Of a stretch of DNA of 64,000 bases, positions 1-13,586 are shown piece after piece. The notes beneath the pieces are model-generated. The model saw only the letters and a program-made list of their open reading frames with translations. It ran no database searches and was not told the origin of the DNA. The DNA comes from Utricularia gibba (taxonomy: Eukaryota > Plantae > Magnoliophyta): contig NEEC01000009.1 of NCBI GenBank assembly GCA_002189035.1, positions 2,108,001 through 2,172,000 of the forward strand, given 5' to 3'. The stretch's first letter is position 1, and each line of letters starts with the position of its first letter. The translations under genes and the position numbers were made by a program.

Positions 1-252
1 TATTATGTGATAATAATATTATTTTGTTAATATAAAAAAGGAGTAATCGTGGATCACCAAAATATTGATGGAAAGAATAGAAAAATAATAAAAGATAGTA
101 AATGGGGGGATACAGCTGGAGCTCGCTCAACTATAATTGATGGATGAATGGCAGTGCAGGGCTGGGCGTGTGCAGGGCTAGTAGAGAACATAATGGGAGC
201 TACCACTCCCGCCAGCTGGAACCCAGAAATTAATTATTAATAATCCATTTTC

Positions 253-276
253 ATTATTATTATTATTATTATTATT
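253..276. repeat. (ATT)8 microsatellite
   Basis: Eight perfect ATT copies read directly from the sequence. Confidence 0.95.
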
Positions 277-976
277 AGTAAGAGAAGAATAAGAATTAGG
301 GTATCTTTGATATTAATTCAAAAAATAACTTCAAATAATTGATTTTAGAAACGTTTCAGTTTTTTTTAGAGCATGAATACCTCAGTTTCTAAAAAAATCG
401 AAACATTTCATTATTTTAATTTTAACTCCATGTAAAACAGAATCAATTCTAGAAATAATTCTACTAAAGCAGAAACTATACACGAAACAGACTCTTAATA
501 TATTTTTTTCCAGTAGCATTAGCAATTGAGGGGCATGCATGCAGTTGAGCCAAGGGATCAAGGTGTCACGTCAGATGTCAAACCGGATTAAGTCCTTACC
601 TAACTACGCTTCATGTCGCTGTCTACCGACTCCACCCCCATTCCTTTTATTTATTTATTAATTTATTATTAGTAGTAGTATTATTATTGTTTTGTTTTAA
701 TTTTAGACGCAAATATAACTGGATAAAGTTTGGGAGATTGTAGTGAAGTAATTAAAGTGCGAGATTAATTAAAACTGGTCAGAATTTCCAAATCAGTTGC
801 GTACGATTTCTGTGACGTGGTGAAAGAAACAAAGAGAATAACGATTTGATTTTTCTTTATTTCTTTTTTATTTTGTGTAGACGATTTCAGAATATCATCA
901 TCGGCGCTACGAATTCCATAATAGTATTAACAGAGTAGTATTTTTTTTAAATAAAGAATGTTTTCCAAAAAATAAC

Positions 977-1463
977 CTACTCCGGAATCATGGTGAGATT
1001 GGGGCGATCTTCCCCGTCGGGAGGAGGAGCCGCTGGTGCGCCGACGTCCGGATCTACTGGCGGCGCTCACGATTCTCGCATTCCTGGAGGATGCTGCGTC
1101 GAGGGGGAACACGAGGTCCTTGCGGCGACATCCGCATTTATCGCTGCGGTTAGCTAGGGCGGCGCTGGCTTTGACGGCCAATGCGGCCATCTCCCCGGCG
1201 TCGAGGCGGTGGCGCAGCCGATTGAGAGGCAGCTCGAAGTAAAGCTGCCCAGGCTGTAACTCCTCGTCGTCGCGGACGGCGGAAATCACGTCGTCGAAAT
1301 CCATTTCGTCGGAATTGCAGATGAAGCACCCGGGATTCTTCTGCACCACGTAGGATGCCCGTACAGGGCACGAAAACTCCAGCAATCTCCCGTCGTGGAG
1401 TATCAGTTTCGCGGTGGTGGCCACCGCCGCCGCATCGGCGTCGCATGAGCTACAGTTTCCCAT
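977..1463 (-). CDS. PADRE / DUF4228 family protein, single exon; C-terminus probably frameshifted in this assembly
   Basis: Starts MGNCSSC (Gly2 plus Cys, acylation-type N-terminus) and has the family core 'AKLILHDGRLLEF...CFICNSDEMDFDD...ELQPGQLYFELP...MAALAVKASAAL'. The ORF track runs to 927, but adding one base to each of the C4 (1012-1015) and G4 (1001-1004) runs gives a family-typical end 'RRGKIAPNLTMIPE*' with TAG at 977-979 (162 aa). Confidence 0.88.
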
Positions 1464-3689
1464 CGCAAAATCAAGAAAAGATCGATCAGTGCGCCCCTAG
1501 CTCCACTCTCCCCCCGTATGCGTGTTGCAGTACGCGTTTTCCGGATCGAAGAGAGTGACACGTCAGCAGGCGGGGGTGAAAACCGAAAGGTGAAAGAAAG
1601 GCTGGAAGCAACGCATATCGTTTGGGCGGTATTTATGTACTCCGGGGAGGCTGCGGGTTGCCAGCCTGTAAGGTCCGGATGACAGCCTGGCTTTTGAGAG
1701 ACGGAATTACCCATATCGACCACTCCTCTTCCTCCTAATCTCACCCATCCCATCACTATCTCCTTTACAAAAAAAAAAAAGATTTCTAAAACGTCTTTGT
1801 ATATATAATTCTGAAAAAAAATGAAGTGGGGAGTTTTTCAATTATTTCTAAATTTGATAACAAAATTATTTATAGATTATGATTCAGTATGCGCTCATTT
1901 ACAATGCCAGTGAATTAGATTATAGATTTTGAAAATATCACAACATTTATAATATTTTTTTTATAAAAAAACTATCATTAAAATGATCAATTTTTCGATT
2001 ATTGTGTGCATGGAGGGGACCATGTTGGTGACTTGAGTTCAGGGGCTATTCATTAGTGTCAGCTACTAAGATTAGTAGCTTATTTTCAACATTTTTGTGC
2101 AATAACCTAATCAAACATCACATCACAATAAATCTCCACCCCCCTTCAAGACAGAGGACAGGCAGCACCACTCAAAACAAAATTACAAAAAAACACAAAA
2201 ATTTGATATGTGTTCAAAAATGATCATCCTATATGTATTTTTTTCATCTAAATAACCCAAAATTTGTGGGCTTTCTCTCTCTTATATATGAGATCAATAA
2301 TTTTATATTAATGATGATGAAGATAAGCCATTTACCAAGATCCGAGTCGGACACGTGGTGATTGGGATGAGGGAGGTGATGGTGAAGTAAATGCAGGAAT
2401 TGAATTGGGGTTTGAGAAAGAGGGGAGAAGGGGGCTGGGATTAAGCTTAAACTAATCATCTCACTTTACTCAATTAACCGCGTGTGTGCTGGGGAGGCAT
2501 CGCGGTAGGGGCCCCCCGCCCCCCCATTTACCTTTCTATAATAAAATCACACGTAGCCTCTATTCCTTAACACATCATATGTTATACGTGTCTATTGATA
2601 CGTGTTTTGAGTGTTTTGGTATAATGATCCATTGTCACATGTGTGAAATTAATCTTATATAAGAGATTACATAATTCATGTTTTATTTCGTAGAACATGA
2701 TTTCATTTCAAGAAAAAGTTACAAAAATATTGAACTTGGAAATCAATGGAGGGAGGTTGACGTGGAGCGACTGGAGTGGTTGGAGGTTCAGAGTCAGGGT
2801 TGGGTACGGTGGTGTCTCCGTCAGACCAGAAACAGAATGAGTCATCCATCGCTCCACGCCCCATGCCTGCTGTCCAAACCAACACGAGAACAGGGAAATG
2901 GGGAAAAAAGCGTGAGGTGGCATGGGTGAATTAGAAATCTGGGTATAAAAAAATTAATATAAATTTTTTAATTTAGTATATGATATAAAGTATAGAAGTG
3001 ACTATTTTTATAAATGACTAGAGGTGGCATAAGAGGCATCCTTCCTTGCACGTGGCGCATTATCCAAGGAATTTCGGACACCCAAAAAAATATGCATTTA
3101 TTTCTTGAATTATTTAATAATTGGTATGGTCCGAACACATACATGTTAATAAATGAGCGGTGGATGACGCGTCCCCATGGGATGGATGTATGTGTTCAAG
3201 TTATGCAACCTCCGCGACAAAATTGTTCCTACTCTAGAAAAGGGTAAATCTGTCCAATGCGGGGGTTTAGATGAGGTTCCCCTTTCTACTAACATATGAA
3301 TCAAACTTGGATTTAAGTGGTTTGCCCAGATTGGACACAGTTTCATCCCCATACGCAATTCTGTGGGGGGGGGGGGTGGGATTTGAGTGATTTGGTCACA
3401 GAAAAATGGGTGATTTTGGAGCTTCGTGGAAGCTTCTTCCATGGCCTCCACCCCACATGGTGGCCCTCTGAGAGAAGGAAGCGCCACCTGTCCGGTTGGA
3501 TCCGCCACTTGCAATGGGTCTGCTCGTGCGGGGCTGTCTGTCTGCTGCTGCTAAGAGGCCTGCACCAATTGGGATATCATCAAGATGACATGTCATTCAT
3601 TGGGTGGACTGGAGGAAGACAACAAATAGGATCTCTAGGGATTGAGTTCTGGATGTTCTCTTCGTTTCTGTACAATGACATGGGCTGGG

Positions 3690-4928
3690 CTACGCCGCTA
3701 TGAAGGTCCAGAGGTTGAAGAGAGCCGAGGCGAAGGATAAGAGCCAGGACATGAACGCCATTGCTGCAGAGAGTTGGAACCTCGCGCACAGTTTCGGGTG
3801 GCAGAGTGCTCTGGAGTCGACGAGGAGGCTCGACACGCCGGCGCTCGAGCTCGATGCGGCCAGCGAGAGGAGCGCTAGGACCCAGTCTCCGACCACAACC
3901 ATCAGAAGCATTCCCGGTTTGGCGTTCGCAGGGCGCCTGATGAAGATAGAGGCCACGTCGAAGGCTCCCAGTGTGAAGCTCCATGGGACAATCAACCCCA
4001 TGATGGTTACCAGGAAACTGAAAGACATGAAAGAATCAACAGATGAAAAGGAGTTCAGATTTACTTATACACACAAAACCCAGTTCGATCCTGAGTTTAC
4101 AGTGAAAGTGGTATCACATTACCAACAAGACAAGAATGTAAATCCTAGTAACGCAATCAATCATATACCAAGTAGGAAAACTTGATCTGGAGTATGATAA
4201 CAAGAGCTTTCTGATCCAACAGACTATCACTGTTTGTCATCTACATAGTGAATGCATGCTTGAATGGACTAAACAGATAGAGTTCAAATCCAATACATTG
4301 AAGTATTGTCAACAGACAAGTATGAAGATCCTAAACACTTGTTCATCATCAGAATTCAAACCCCACTTGTGCTGTTACCCAGCACAAGCATTTCTGAGGT
4401 TTTTTTTGTGAACTAAATCATCAGTTACACCAATATAAATCTCCAATGACATAAACAGCAAGCGAACCAAAAGTACCCAAATACAGAACATCAGTTGGGA
4501 TGCAACTTAGTTAACGCTGATCCATCATCACTATAAACGACAGCAGATGCTATGAGTTGCATCAAAAAGTAACCAAAAATCCCTTTACCCCTTGTCATAT
4601 TTCTTCACTAGAATGGACTTGGACCCCATGAAAATATGACCATCAACCAACTTTATGGTGAAATGGCAAGATAAAGGTTTTAACCATGAAAAACACATGA
4701 AACTCAATTGAAAAGTAAGCAACCGCATCTGCAGTAAACGGCAGCACCATTCCGAATCTTAAATTTCTCCAAATAAAGAAAAGTAAATTACCAGAAGGAA
4801 GTATAGTTGTAGAACTCAACGGTCAAACACATGAACAGCAGTGACGCAACAGCAGCTCCAGCCTGAAGAACTCTCAAACACAAGCTTGCGCTTGTTCCCA
4901 TGGACGCTGAGAATTCATCCATCATCAT
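3690..4928 (-). CDS. CASP-like protein, subfamily 5C (four-TM MARVEL-like)
   Basis: Exons 4928-4792 and 4017-3690 with GT/AG ends; 465 nt = 154 aa: MMMDEFSASMGTSASLCLRVLQ...FYNYTSFC|FLVTIMGLIVPWSF...VVVGDWVLALLSLAASSSSAGV...CARFQLSAAMAFMSW. These are CASPL5 motifs. Confidence 0.9.
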
Positions 4929-5741
4929 CCTCCGATCTTTTTATTCACCGAATATATTCAACGAACGAGGCTCTTGGGTTTCCGTAGTTGTGATCATCGC
5001 AAGACTGATTCTCAACAAAGCATAAACATCAGGGAAAATGAAAAAGCAGCGAGAGAGGAATTTCCTCTCTGGGTAGGCGATAAAAATTCTGAAGTTCAGG
5101 TTTCTCGAGAAGAAAATCGATGATGGTGGAGTAGGTGGTTATGACGGAAACGGGGGTCTGCTGAGTCAAGAGTCATATTCAAGAAACTTCAAATCCTATT
5201 TTTTAATACACATTCAGAAACAGCTAACCATCTACCCCGCTTTCCGACGGAGCTGTCACTCATAAACACGAAGGTCACCTGATCCCTGGACGGTGCGATT
5301 ACGATCATGGTTTTGCGGATGGCTTTGCGGACTGTAAATTCCTGCGATCGCGGCGTTGCGGTCTCTATCCCTGCCTGATACAAGAAAGTGGTACGCCAAC
5401 TGTTCGATACAATGTCCAGTCGAGGCTTTTTGCATGTTTCCAATTTTGAATATCGTGAAAACTGGTACTTGTAAGAGGTCTATGGACTTGACGGTAGAAA
5501 TGGGTTGGTATCAGGAATAGTGGATTTACTCCTTTTCATTTGGATCGTTATCAAGGGATTTATTGGGGGTATTCACAATTTCGCTCAAGGTTCATGTTCC
5601 GGGGAGATCAAATCTAGTCGGATTGAGAAGGATGAACACCTTGATCCTCATAAGAAAGTAGTAGTATGTGGAACAATTACATCATCATAGGCAGAAAGTG
5701 CTCTGGTTCAATTACCCCATACTCAAAACAAGTATTGCAGA

Positions 5742-6898
<1,157 letters not shown>

Positions 6899-7713
6899 TG
6901 TGATTCGTTCGGGAATGGATCGAAGAGGATGAAGAAATAATGGCGACGGTTTTTGGACGCGGGAAGGGATAAGGTCAGTGGGATAAGCTGGATTTTGATT
7001 GGTCCCTGTGGCTTCTATTACACGTGGCAATAATCTTATCTCCCGCAGATTTTGAAGAAATAATTATCGATCACCCCAAGCATTTCATAAATACTCACTT
7101 TCGTCCCTAAAGGTTTTGAAACACCAAAATCAACCCCGAAAGTTTTAGAAAATTGGTTTTTGAGGGATTTCAAAATAAGCGGTCCAAAAGCTTGACCGAG
7201 TCACGGAAGATCAAATGTGGAAAGACTATGTTACCCCTGTGGCGTCCGGGACAGGAAGCGTCACGTGACCTTTGCATGTCAGGGAATTTCGTTTTCTTTA
7301 AAAGAAAATATTAATTTTAATATAAGATAAAAAAAAGGGGAAATGCGAAAAACGAGATGTCCAACACTACGCCGCACTGAAAACTTCATCGTCTTCCTTC
7401 ACTTTTCCTTTTGCCTCCCACGCGAACTCGTTTCTCTGCTTTGGGTTTCGTCCATACGCTTCCTTCTCTCTTCCCCTGTCCTTCAAATTCTTCCGTATCT
7501 TCGAAATACGTTGCCTGGCTGAAGTTTTGCCGGAGCTTTTGGGAGAATCGACCTCTTTCCGTGTACCTGATGGCTACGTTTGGTTACCTGCGAATCATGC
7601 TTCTTCTTGCCTGCCGCTGCGCTCAGTTTGCTGACTTTCCATGTTTTAGGTGAATGCGAAGTGGGTTTTGAAATTTGAAGGGTTTCTTTTTTGCTTTTTA
7701 TTTGGGAACGGAG

Positions 7714-10700
7714 ATGGGGTTGGAGTTCGCTGCTCTTGTGGAAGATGGGGTCGAGTATTCGTTCGCAGTGGAATATGATGGGCCACCCATTACACAGGAG
7801 CTGCCGCGGGCGGTGCCTATTGATGTGAATCGGATTCCTGTGGCGTCTATTGTTTCTCCGATTCATACTTCGGGGAAACTCTCTCTCCCTGTTGTGCAAC
7901 CGATTGCTGCTTCTGATATACGGGGCAAGAAGTTGGCTAGAGATTTGAGGTTAAGCTCCTCTTCGGTTGAGTTATTGACGGTATCCCCAACTTCTGTAAT
8001 TCCATTTGAGACGCGGAACAATGAGGTGAGCGAGGGGTCTTATAGCAAGGAACTTGGTTTAGGAACTGAACCAAGTGTTTCCCCTAACTCTCTTTCTAAT
8101 ACCGGAGAGAGGGAGCCGGAAAATAGTGTTGGTAATGAGGTTTGTGGTTTGCCATCTGATTTAAGTAGTGATTTTGAGCACTGCAGTGGTACTGGTGACT
8201 GCGTAAATAAGAAAAGAAGTTGTTTTGTGAGTCAAGATCGCTCATGTGAACTTGTGGGTGCCATTGGAAGTTCTGATGCTCTTGGATCTTCTGATAGCTT
8301 TGACAAATCAAGGGAATGTTCAGGAAGTTTGCATAAGTCAAGGACTTCGAGTGACTTGAAAGACAGAGTGGATTTTAGTGAATCCAATCGGACTGACTGG
8401 AGTGCAGGTTACCTTTCCTCTACAGTTTCTTATCGTCATTTTGTAGATGGGCACTTTGATTCTAGTCGTGAGGTCAAGCGCGGAACTTCTGTAAAATTTT
8501 GTGATATTCAATCAGATGATGAATACAATGTAGAGGAGTTTGGTAGATCAGAATCTGCGGTTGTTAGAGCTAAGAAACCATCTGCTGTTAAAGTCAAGAA
8601 GGGAGCATGTTACCGGTGTTTTAAAGGAAACAGATTATCTGAAAAGGAGGTGTGCTTGGTTTGTGATGCTAAATACTGCTCTACTTGTGTTCTCAGAGCG
8701 ATGGGGTCTATGCCAGAGGGTAGAAAGTGTGTGACTTGTATTGGACATCCCATTAATGAGTCAAAGCGAGGCGATCTAGGAAAATGCTCGCGAATGCTAA
8801 GGAGATTGCTAAATGACCTCGAGGTTCAACAAATTATGAAGGCCGAGAAAATGTGTGATGTGAACCAATTGCCTCCTGAGTGCATTTGTATTAATGGTAG
8901 GACTCTACTCCATGAAGAGTTGATCATACTGCAGAGCTGCCCCAATCCACCAAAAAAGTTGAAACCAGGAAATTATTGGTATGACAAAGTATCAGGTCTT
9001 TGGGGAAAGGTAGGTTTTGATTTTTTAGTCACTATGAATCAGTTATAGTATGCCCTTTATGCTGTGAGTGATTTTTAAATTAACTATAGGAAGGACAGAA
9101 GCCCTCTCAACTTATAACACCCCACTTGAACGTCGGTGGTCCTATTAAATCTGATGCCAGCAACGGAAATGCTGAAGTCTATATCAATGGTCGCGAGATC
9201 ACAAAAGTGGAGCTCCGCATGTTAAAGGTTTATTCCTGGTTGGAAAATGCTTGTGGTTGAAGAATTTATTTTATTGCATTTGTATGTTACAGCTCTTTTC
9301 TTTTTAATGTACAGCTAGCTGGTGTTGAGTGTGCTGGAAAACCACATTTTTGGGTTAATGACGATGGTTCATACCAAGAAGAGGGACAGAAAACTACGAA
9401 AGGATATCTCTGGGGCAAGGTTTGGCTTCTGAAACTTTTGATCATGATCTTCTGCCAAAATATTTTTTCTTGAATATATATGGATTTTGGCATATCTCAT
9501 ACCACTATGTTGATGTGTTACTGTTCAGGCTGGGACAAAGCTGCTTTGTGCTATACTTTCTCTGCCAATACCTTCCAGATCACCCCATTCTGGTGAAGAA
9601 CATGTGTGTAGCATAACTAGTCGAAGTTTACGAGATTATATTGAATTCAAATCCATTCAGAAAATTCTGTTGATGGGTTCGAGTGGATCTGGAACGAGTG
9701 CCATTTTCAAGCAGGTTACCTTGAAAGCCAGACTCATTGTGTGTATGCACTGTATCTTATTTATTAGATGACCCTTTTCATCTCTCTCTCTCTCTCTTTT
9801 TTTGTTTTATTAGGCTAAAATTCTTTACAAAGAGATACCTTTCCCTGATGATGAGCTTGAGCAACTCAAGTTACTGATCCAGAGCCATGTTTATAGCTAC
9901 ATTGCACTACTTCTAGAGGGCCGTGAGCTTTTTGAAGAAGAACATTTGAAGCATTTGGAGCAAAACAAATTGACTGATGGCTCAGTTTCTGAAGGTGTGA
10001 ATTTGTTTTCCTTTCCAAACTGTATGGATAAACGTATATTTAGTACGTCATTGTATAAATCTCTCAGGGGTTCTCAAGTTCTTTTGCAATAATGGATTCT
10101 AATCGTGAATAATCTGAGTTTGTTTTCATATTGGTGTTCACAGGTCAGCTTGAAGGCGATGTCGAAGGGACACCCTATGCATTGAGTCCACGTTTGAAGG
10201 CATTCTCAGACTGGCTCCTTAAAACCATGGCATCTGGTACTCTGGAGGCTATCTTCCCTGCTGCTAGTCGAGAATATGCTCCATTAGTTGAGGTATTATG
10301 GAGTGATGCTGGATTCCAGGCAACCTACATGCGGAGAAATGAATTGAGTCACCTCCCAAGTACTGCAAGTTACTTTCTGGAGCGGGTAATGAGGCTGCGA
10401 CCATTTTTTTTCATGATACTTTTATTTAGCTCGAGAAGTAAATTTGAAAACTGTTTTTCTCTTTCAGGCGGTCGAGATATTGAAACCAGATTATATTCCA
10501 TCGGATATGGACATCCTCCTTGCCGAGCATGTTACCCCATTTAATGGGCTCTCATGCATGGACTTTTCATTTCCTCAATATGATGATGATATTGATAGCC
10601 AGGATCTTCATGATGCCCAGCAAAGGTAGGTTTCTACCATAAGTTTTGAGAAATTTCTTTTGCGAATTAAGATCATCTTCTCTTCAACATTTTCCCCAAC

Positions 10701-11291
10701 AACTGCAGATTTCAACTGATTCTATTACAAGCAAACGGCTCTGGAGAAAACTGCAAGTGGCTTCAAATGTTTGAAGATGTTCGATTGGTTATTTTCTGCA
10801 TTTCCTTGGATGACTACCACCAGCCTGTTGTGGATGGTGATGGGAAGGTTGTCAACAAGATGCTGCTGAGCAAAAAGCTTTTCGAGAACCTGGTCACTCA
10901 CCCCACATTCGAGCATATGGACTTTCTTCTACTGTTGAGCAAATATGACTTGTTCGAGAAGACGATCGAGCAAATTCCCTTGAGTTGTTGCAGTTGGTTT
11001 GATGATTTTCAGCCTGTGATGAGCCTTAACCGATCCTCCAGCTCCAATTCTGCAGTCCCAACTTTAGGAGAATTGGGTCTTCATTACATTGGTAAGAAGT
11101 TCAAACGGCTTTACTCAGCTCTTTCGGATCGAAAGCTGTACATATCGCCTGTAAAGGGCTTGGAGCGGAACAGCGTAGACAATGCAATGAGGTATGCACG
11201 GGACATTCTTAGTTGGGATGAAGATAAGCCTAACTTTGGTTTGGGTGATTACTCTGTTTACAGTGCTGAGGCAAGTTCATTTTCACACTGA
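7714..11291 (+). CDS. XLG: Extra-large GTP-binding protein (XLG1/XLG2-like)
   Basis: Eight exons: 7714-9009, 9090-9227, 9315-9419, 9529-9714, 9814-9994, 10144-10385, 10468-10625, 10709-11291 (2889 nt = 962 aa, all GT/AG). N-terminal '[19 protein letters not shown]', Cys-rich 'CYRCFKG...[32 protein letters not shown]', G-alpha P-loop '[15 protein letters not shown]', '[10 protein letters not shown]'. Confidence 0.95.
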
Positions 11292-11728
11292 ATATGTACA
11301 GATGTTGTATGTGAATGAATAGACACGATCCAGTGATGATTGTAAGCCTGTGAGATGCAGTTGTGCAGTTACATTAAGAGTTACATTGACAGGTTCCATT
11401 GTCATCTGTTTGGAGATGTTTACAACAAAGCTTCTAGATCTGCACTTTCTCCTCGCAAACAACTTGTTAGCACATCAAAAAAGCAATGAGTTTTCAAATT
11501 CCAGGGTTGAAGAGTTTTTTTCATAAGAGTGCAACATAACAAGGACGACTTTAACTGAAGAAAAACCAGTAACTGAACTATAAAATAAAAAGGCAGATTC
11601 GGCTGCATGTCTTCGTTGTCATCTTGAACTTTAACTCCTTTATCTTCCTTGTGATTCTCTTCAGCTAGTAGCGTGAGACTCGTTTGGTTTTTCATCTCGC
11701 TTTCTTTCACCATTCCTTCTCGGTTTTT

Positions 11729-12387
11729 TCAGACAAAACCATTTTTGGCTAATGATTTAGCCCTGTTTTTGCCTCCTGGAAACCGGTGTGCATAACTACG
11801 AAAGCTTTCATCAGAAGTAGAAGCAATGGATGTTTCAACGGAATATTCATCATCATCAACACCCACAACCTTGGTCGTAGCTAAATTATCTCCCAAGTAT
11901 ACAACAGAATCATCATTCTTCTCTGATTTCACCGAACTCCAATCACTACCATCACTCTGGTAGTGATAGTCAACTTCTGTTGCCGAGGGGTCACAAATAT
12001 GAACTCGGAAAACGAAGTCTCCCTCGTAAACGAAAATCAGAAAATTCATATAACCAATAGAGTACCTATCAGTGAAATCCACCCACCCTTTGTCCAACCA
12101 GTGTTCTCCATTAGAGAAGGATACTGCCACCTTAAATGATGATGGTCCACTAGGTACCTTGAGTAACACCATTTCCCCCAAAACCAGTTTATTTCTTCGT
12201 ATGAACTCTTTCGGGATTCCCTGCAAACACAAAAGGCATGATTTTAACATCAGAAATACCCCAAGCAATGAAAAACATAATCTGTACTCGTTAAGGATCA
12301 GAGGCCTACGAGTTTATTTGATCCGGGTTCATAGATGATCTTGAAGAAGTTGGGATTTAAATCCACCCTACTGCTACAAGGAGGCAT
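11729..12387 (-). CDS. B3-domain (REM/VRN1-like) DNA-binding protein, single B3 domain, possibly truncated
   Basis: Exons 12387-12310 (MPPCSSRVDLNPNFFKIIYEPGSNKL) and 12220-11729 (GIPKEFIRR...LLKVPSG..FKVAV...HWLDKGWVDFTDRYSIGYMNFLIFVYEGDFVFRVHICD); 189 aa. The same frame stays open to 11420 after the TGA. Confidence 0.82.
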
Positions 12388-12983
12388 TTGAGTGAAAGAA
12401 ACCAAATCAACGTGTTGAAGAAACACTCCTTTTCTCTTTACTATGGAAGTGCTCCATACCAACAGATTCGTACTTCACAAAAATGGTTATGGCTAGCTTA
12501 ACTTTACACAATAAGTGTGATGAAAGCCTCTGAATAGATAGAGACAAATGTAACATGATTACATACTACATCCTCATGTAAGGCCTCATGCAATCTTGGT
12601 GATATACAAGAAGACTGGCAATTTCAGTTACAGAAACTTCTTTTTGGGTAGAAAAAAAGAAACTCTATTCTAAGAAACCAAATTTACGACTAAAATCCTC
12701 AAGATGATGCAATAGGCGATGAAGTACGATCCATGCTGGTATGCGAACCAATTTAAAAAATATTCTTCGTGCTATTGCTAATAGAAAGTCCATGATGATA
12801 ATTCCTTTGCTTTTGCTCACACCATCACTCTTCAAACCTGTTACGGATAAACCTTTCCCACGAATGCGATCACTACGGTGGCCAAAAGTGAAACGGCGAT
12901 CGCGAGTATTTCCAGTCGTCGGACTTCGGCGGCATAACAACGATTTCCCAGATTCTGAAGAAACAAACAAAAAGAAAAATTTC

Positions 12984-13074
12984 AGCCCATGGGCCTATTT
13001 GTTGATTCAGAAATCTAGACCATGTGAGGTGGTCCTCATGGGCCCACTAGTGGGCCATCTTGAAATGAAGCCCA
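12984..13074. promoter_or_regulatory. Cluster of six site II (TGGGCY/RGCCCA, TCP-type) motifs including a perfect 16-bp palindrome
   Basis: AGCCCA 12984, TGGGCC 12990, TGGGCC 13039, GGCCCA 13041, TGGGCC 13051, AGCCCA 13069; GGCCCACTAGTGGGCC at 13041-13056 is self-complementary. Confidence 0.65.
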
Positions 13075-13586
13075 GTTCTTCTCGAGGAGAAAGAAATTTG
13101 AAGCCTAATTTAGTCCATGATCGGAGCTGAAGAGCTTCACCGATGGCGGCTTCCGGCGAATATGGTGGGATTCCAGGTAATGGCTGCTTCGATTCGTTAC
13201 GCGATGGAGGTTTTGAGAAAAAAGAGTCTTGTGACCCACAAATCATTGCTTCGAATAGGTGTGTAAAGCCCAATGCATGTTTTCCTTCTTTTCAGTTCTG
13301 AGATCTTTACCTAGAAACTGTCGTCTCCTTTGTTCTGTACTCGCTTTAAAATTATGTCCATTGCCCATACCCTGCTGACCTTCTCCAGAATTTCGGTTTT
13401 CTTCCGTTGGTGCAGTTTCGTGTTGGTTTGTGTTGTGGGTTTGCTTTGGACAGGAGACATTTCGATCTGGAGCCAGTTTTTAGATGGGAAACAGAAGTGG
13501 ATACATCACAGAGAAGCAAAAAAAATACAGTGAAACTTGATCTCTGAAGATGTAGCCAAAACTGTGATAGTATTGCATTTCAGGGA

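Noticed and set aside
296-498. Possible Tourist-like MITE (TTAGGGTATCTTTG ... GAAACAGACTCTTAA)
   Set aside because: The ends are too diverged to call a TIR, and there is no clear TSD.
2678-3703. Several 60-128 aa ORFs between PADRE and CASPL5C
   Set aside because: No recognisable domain or splice-consistent model; many start at non-ATG codons; the 3' ones overlap the CASPL 3' region.
5189-5690. 84-aa and 61-aa ORFs between the CASPL start and the PsbO stop
   Set aside because: No homology I can recognise; the position fits PsbO 3' UTR plus CASPL promoter and leader.
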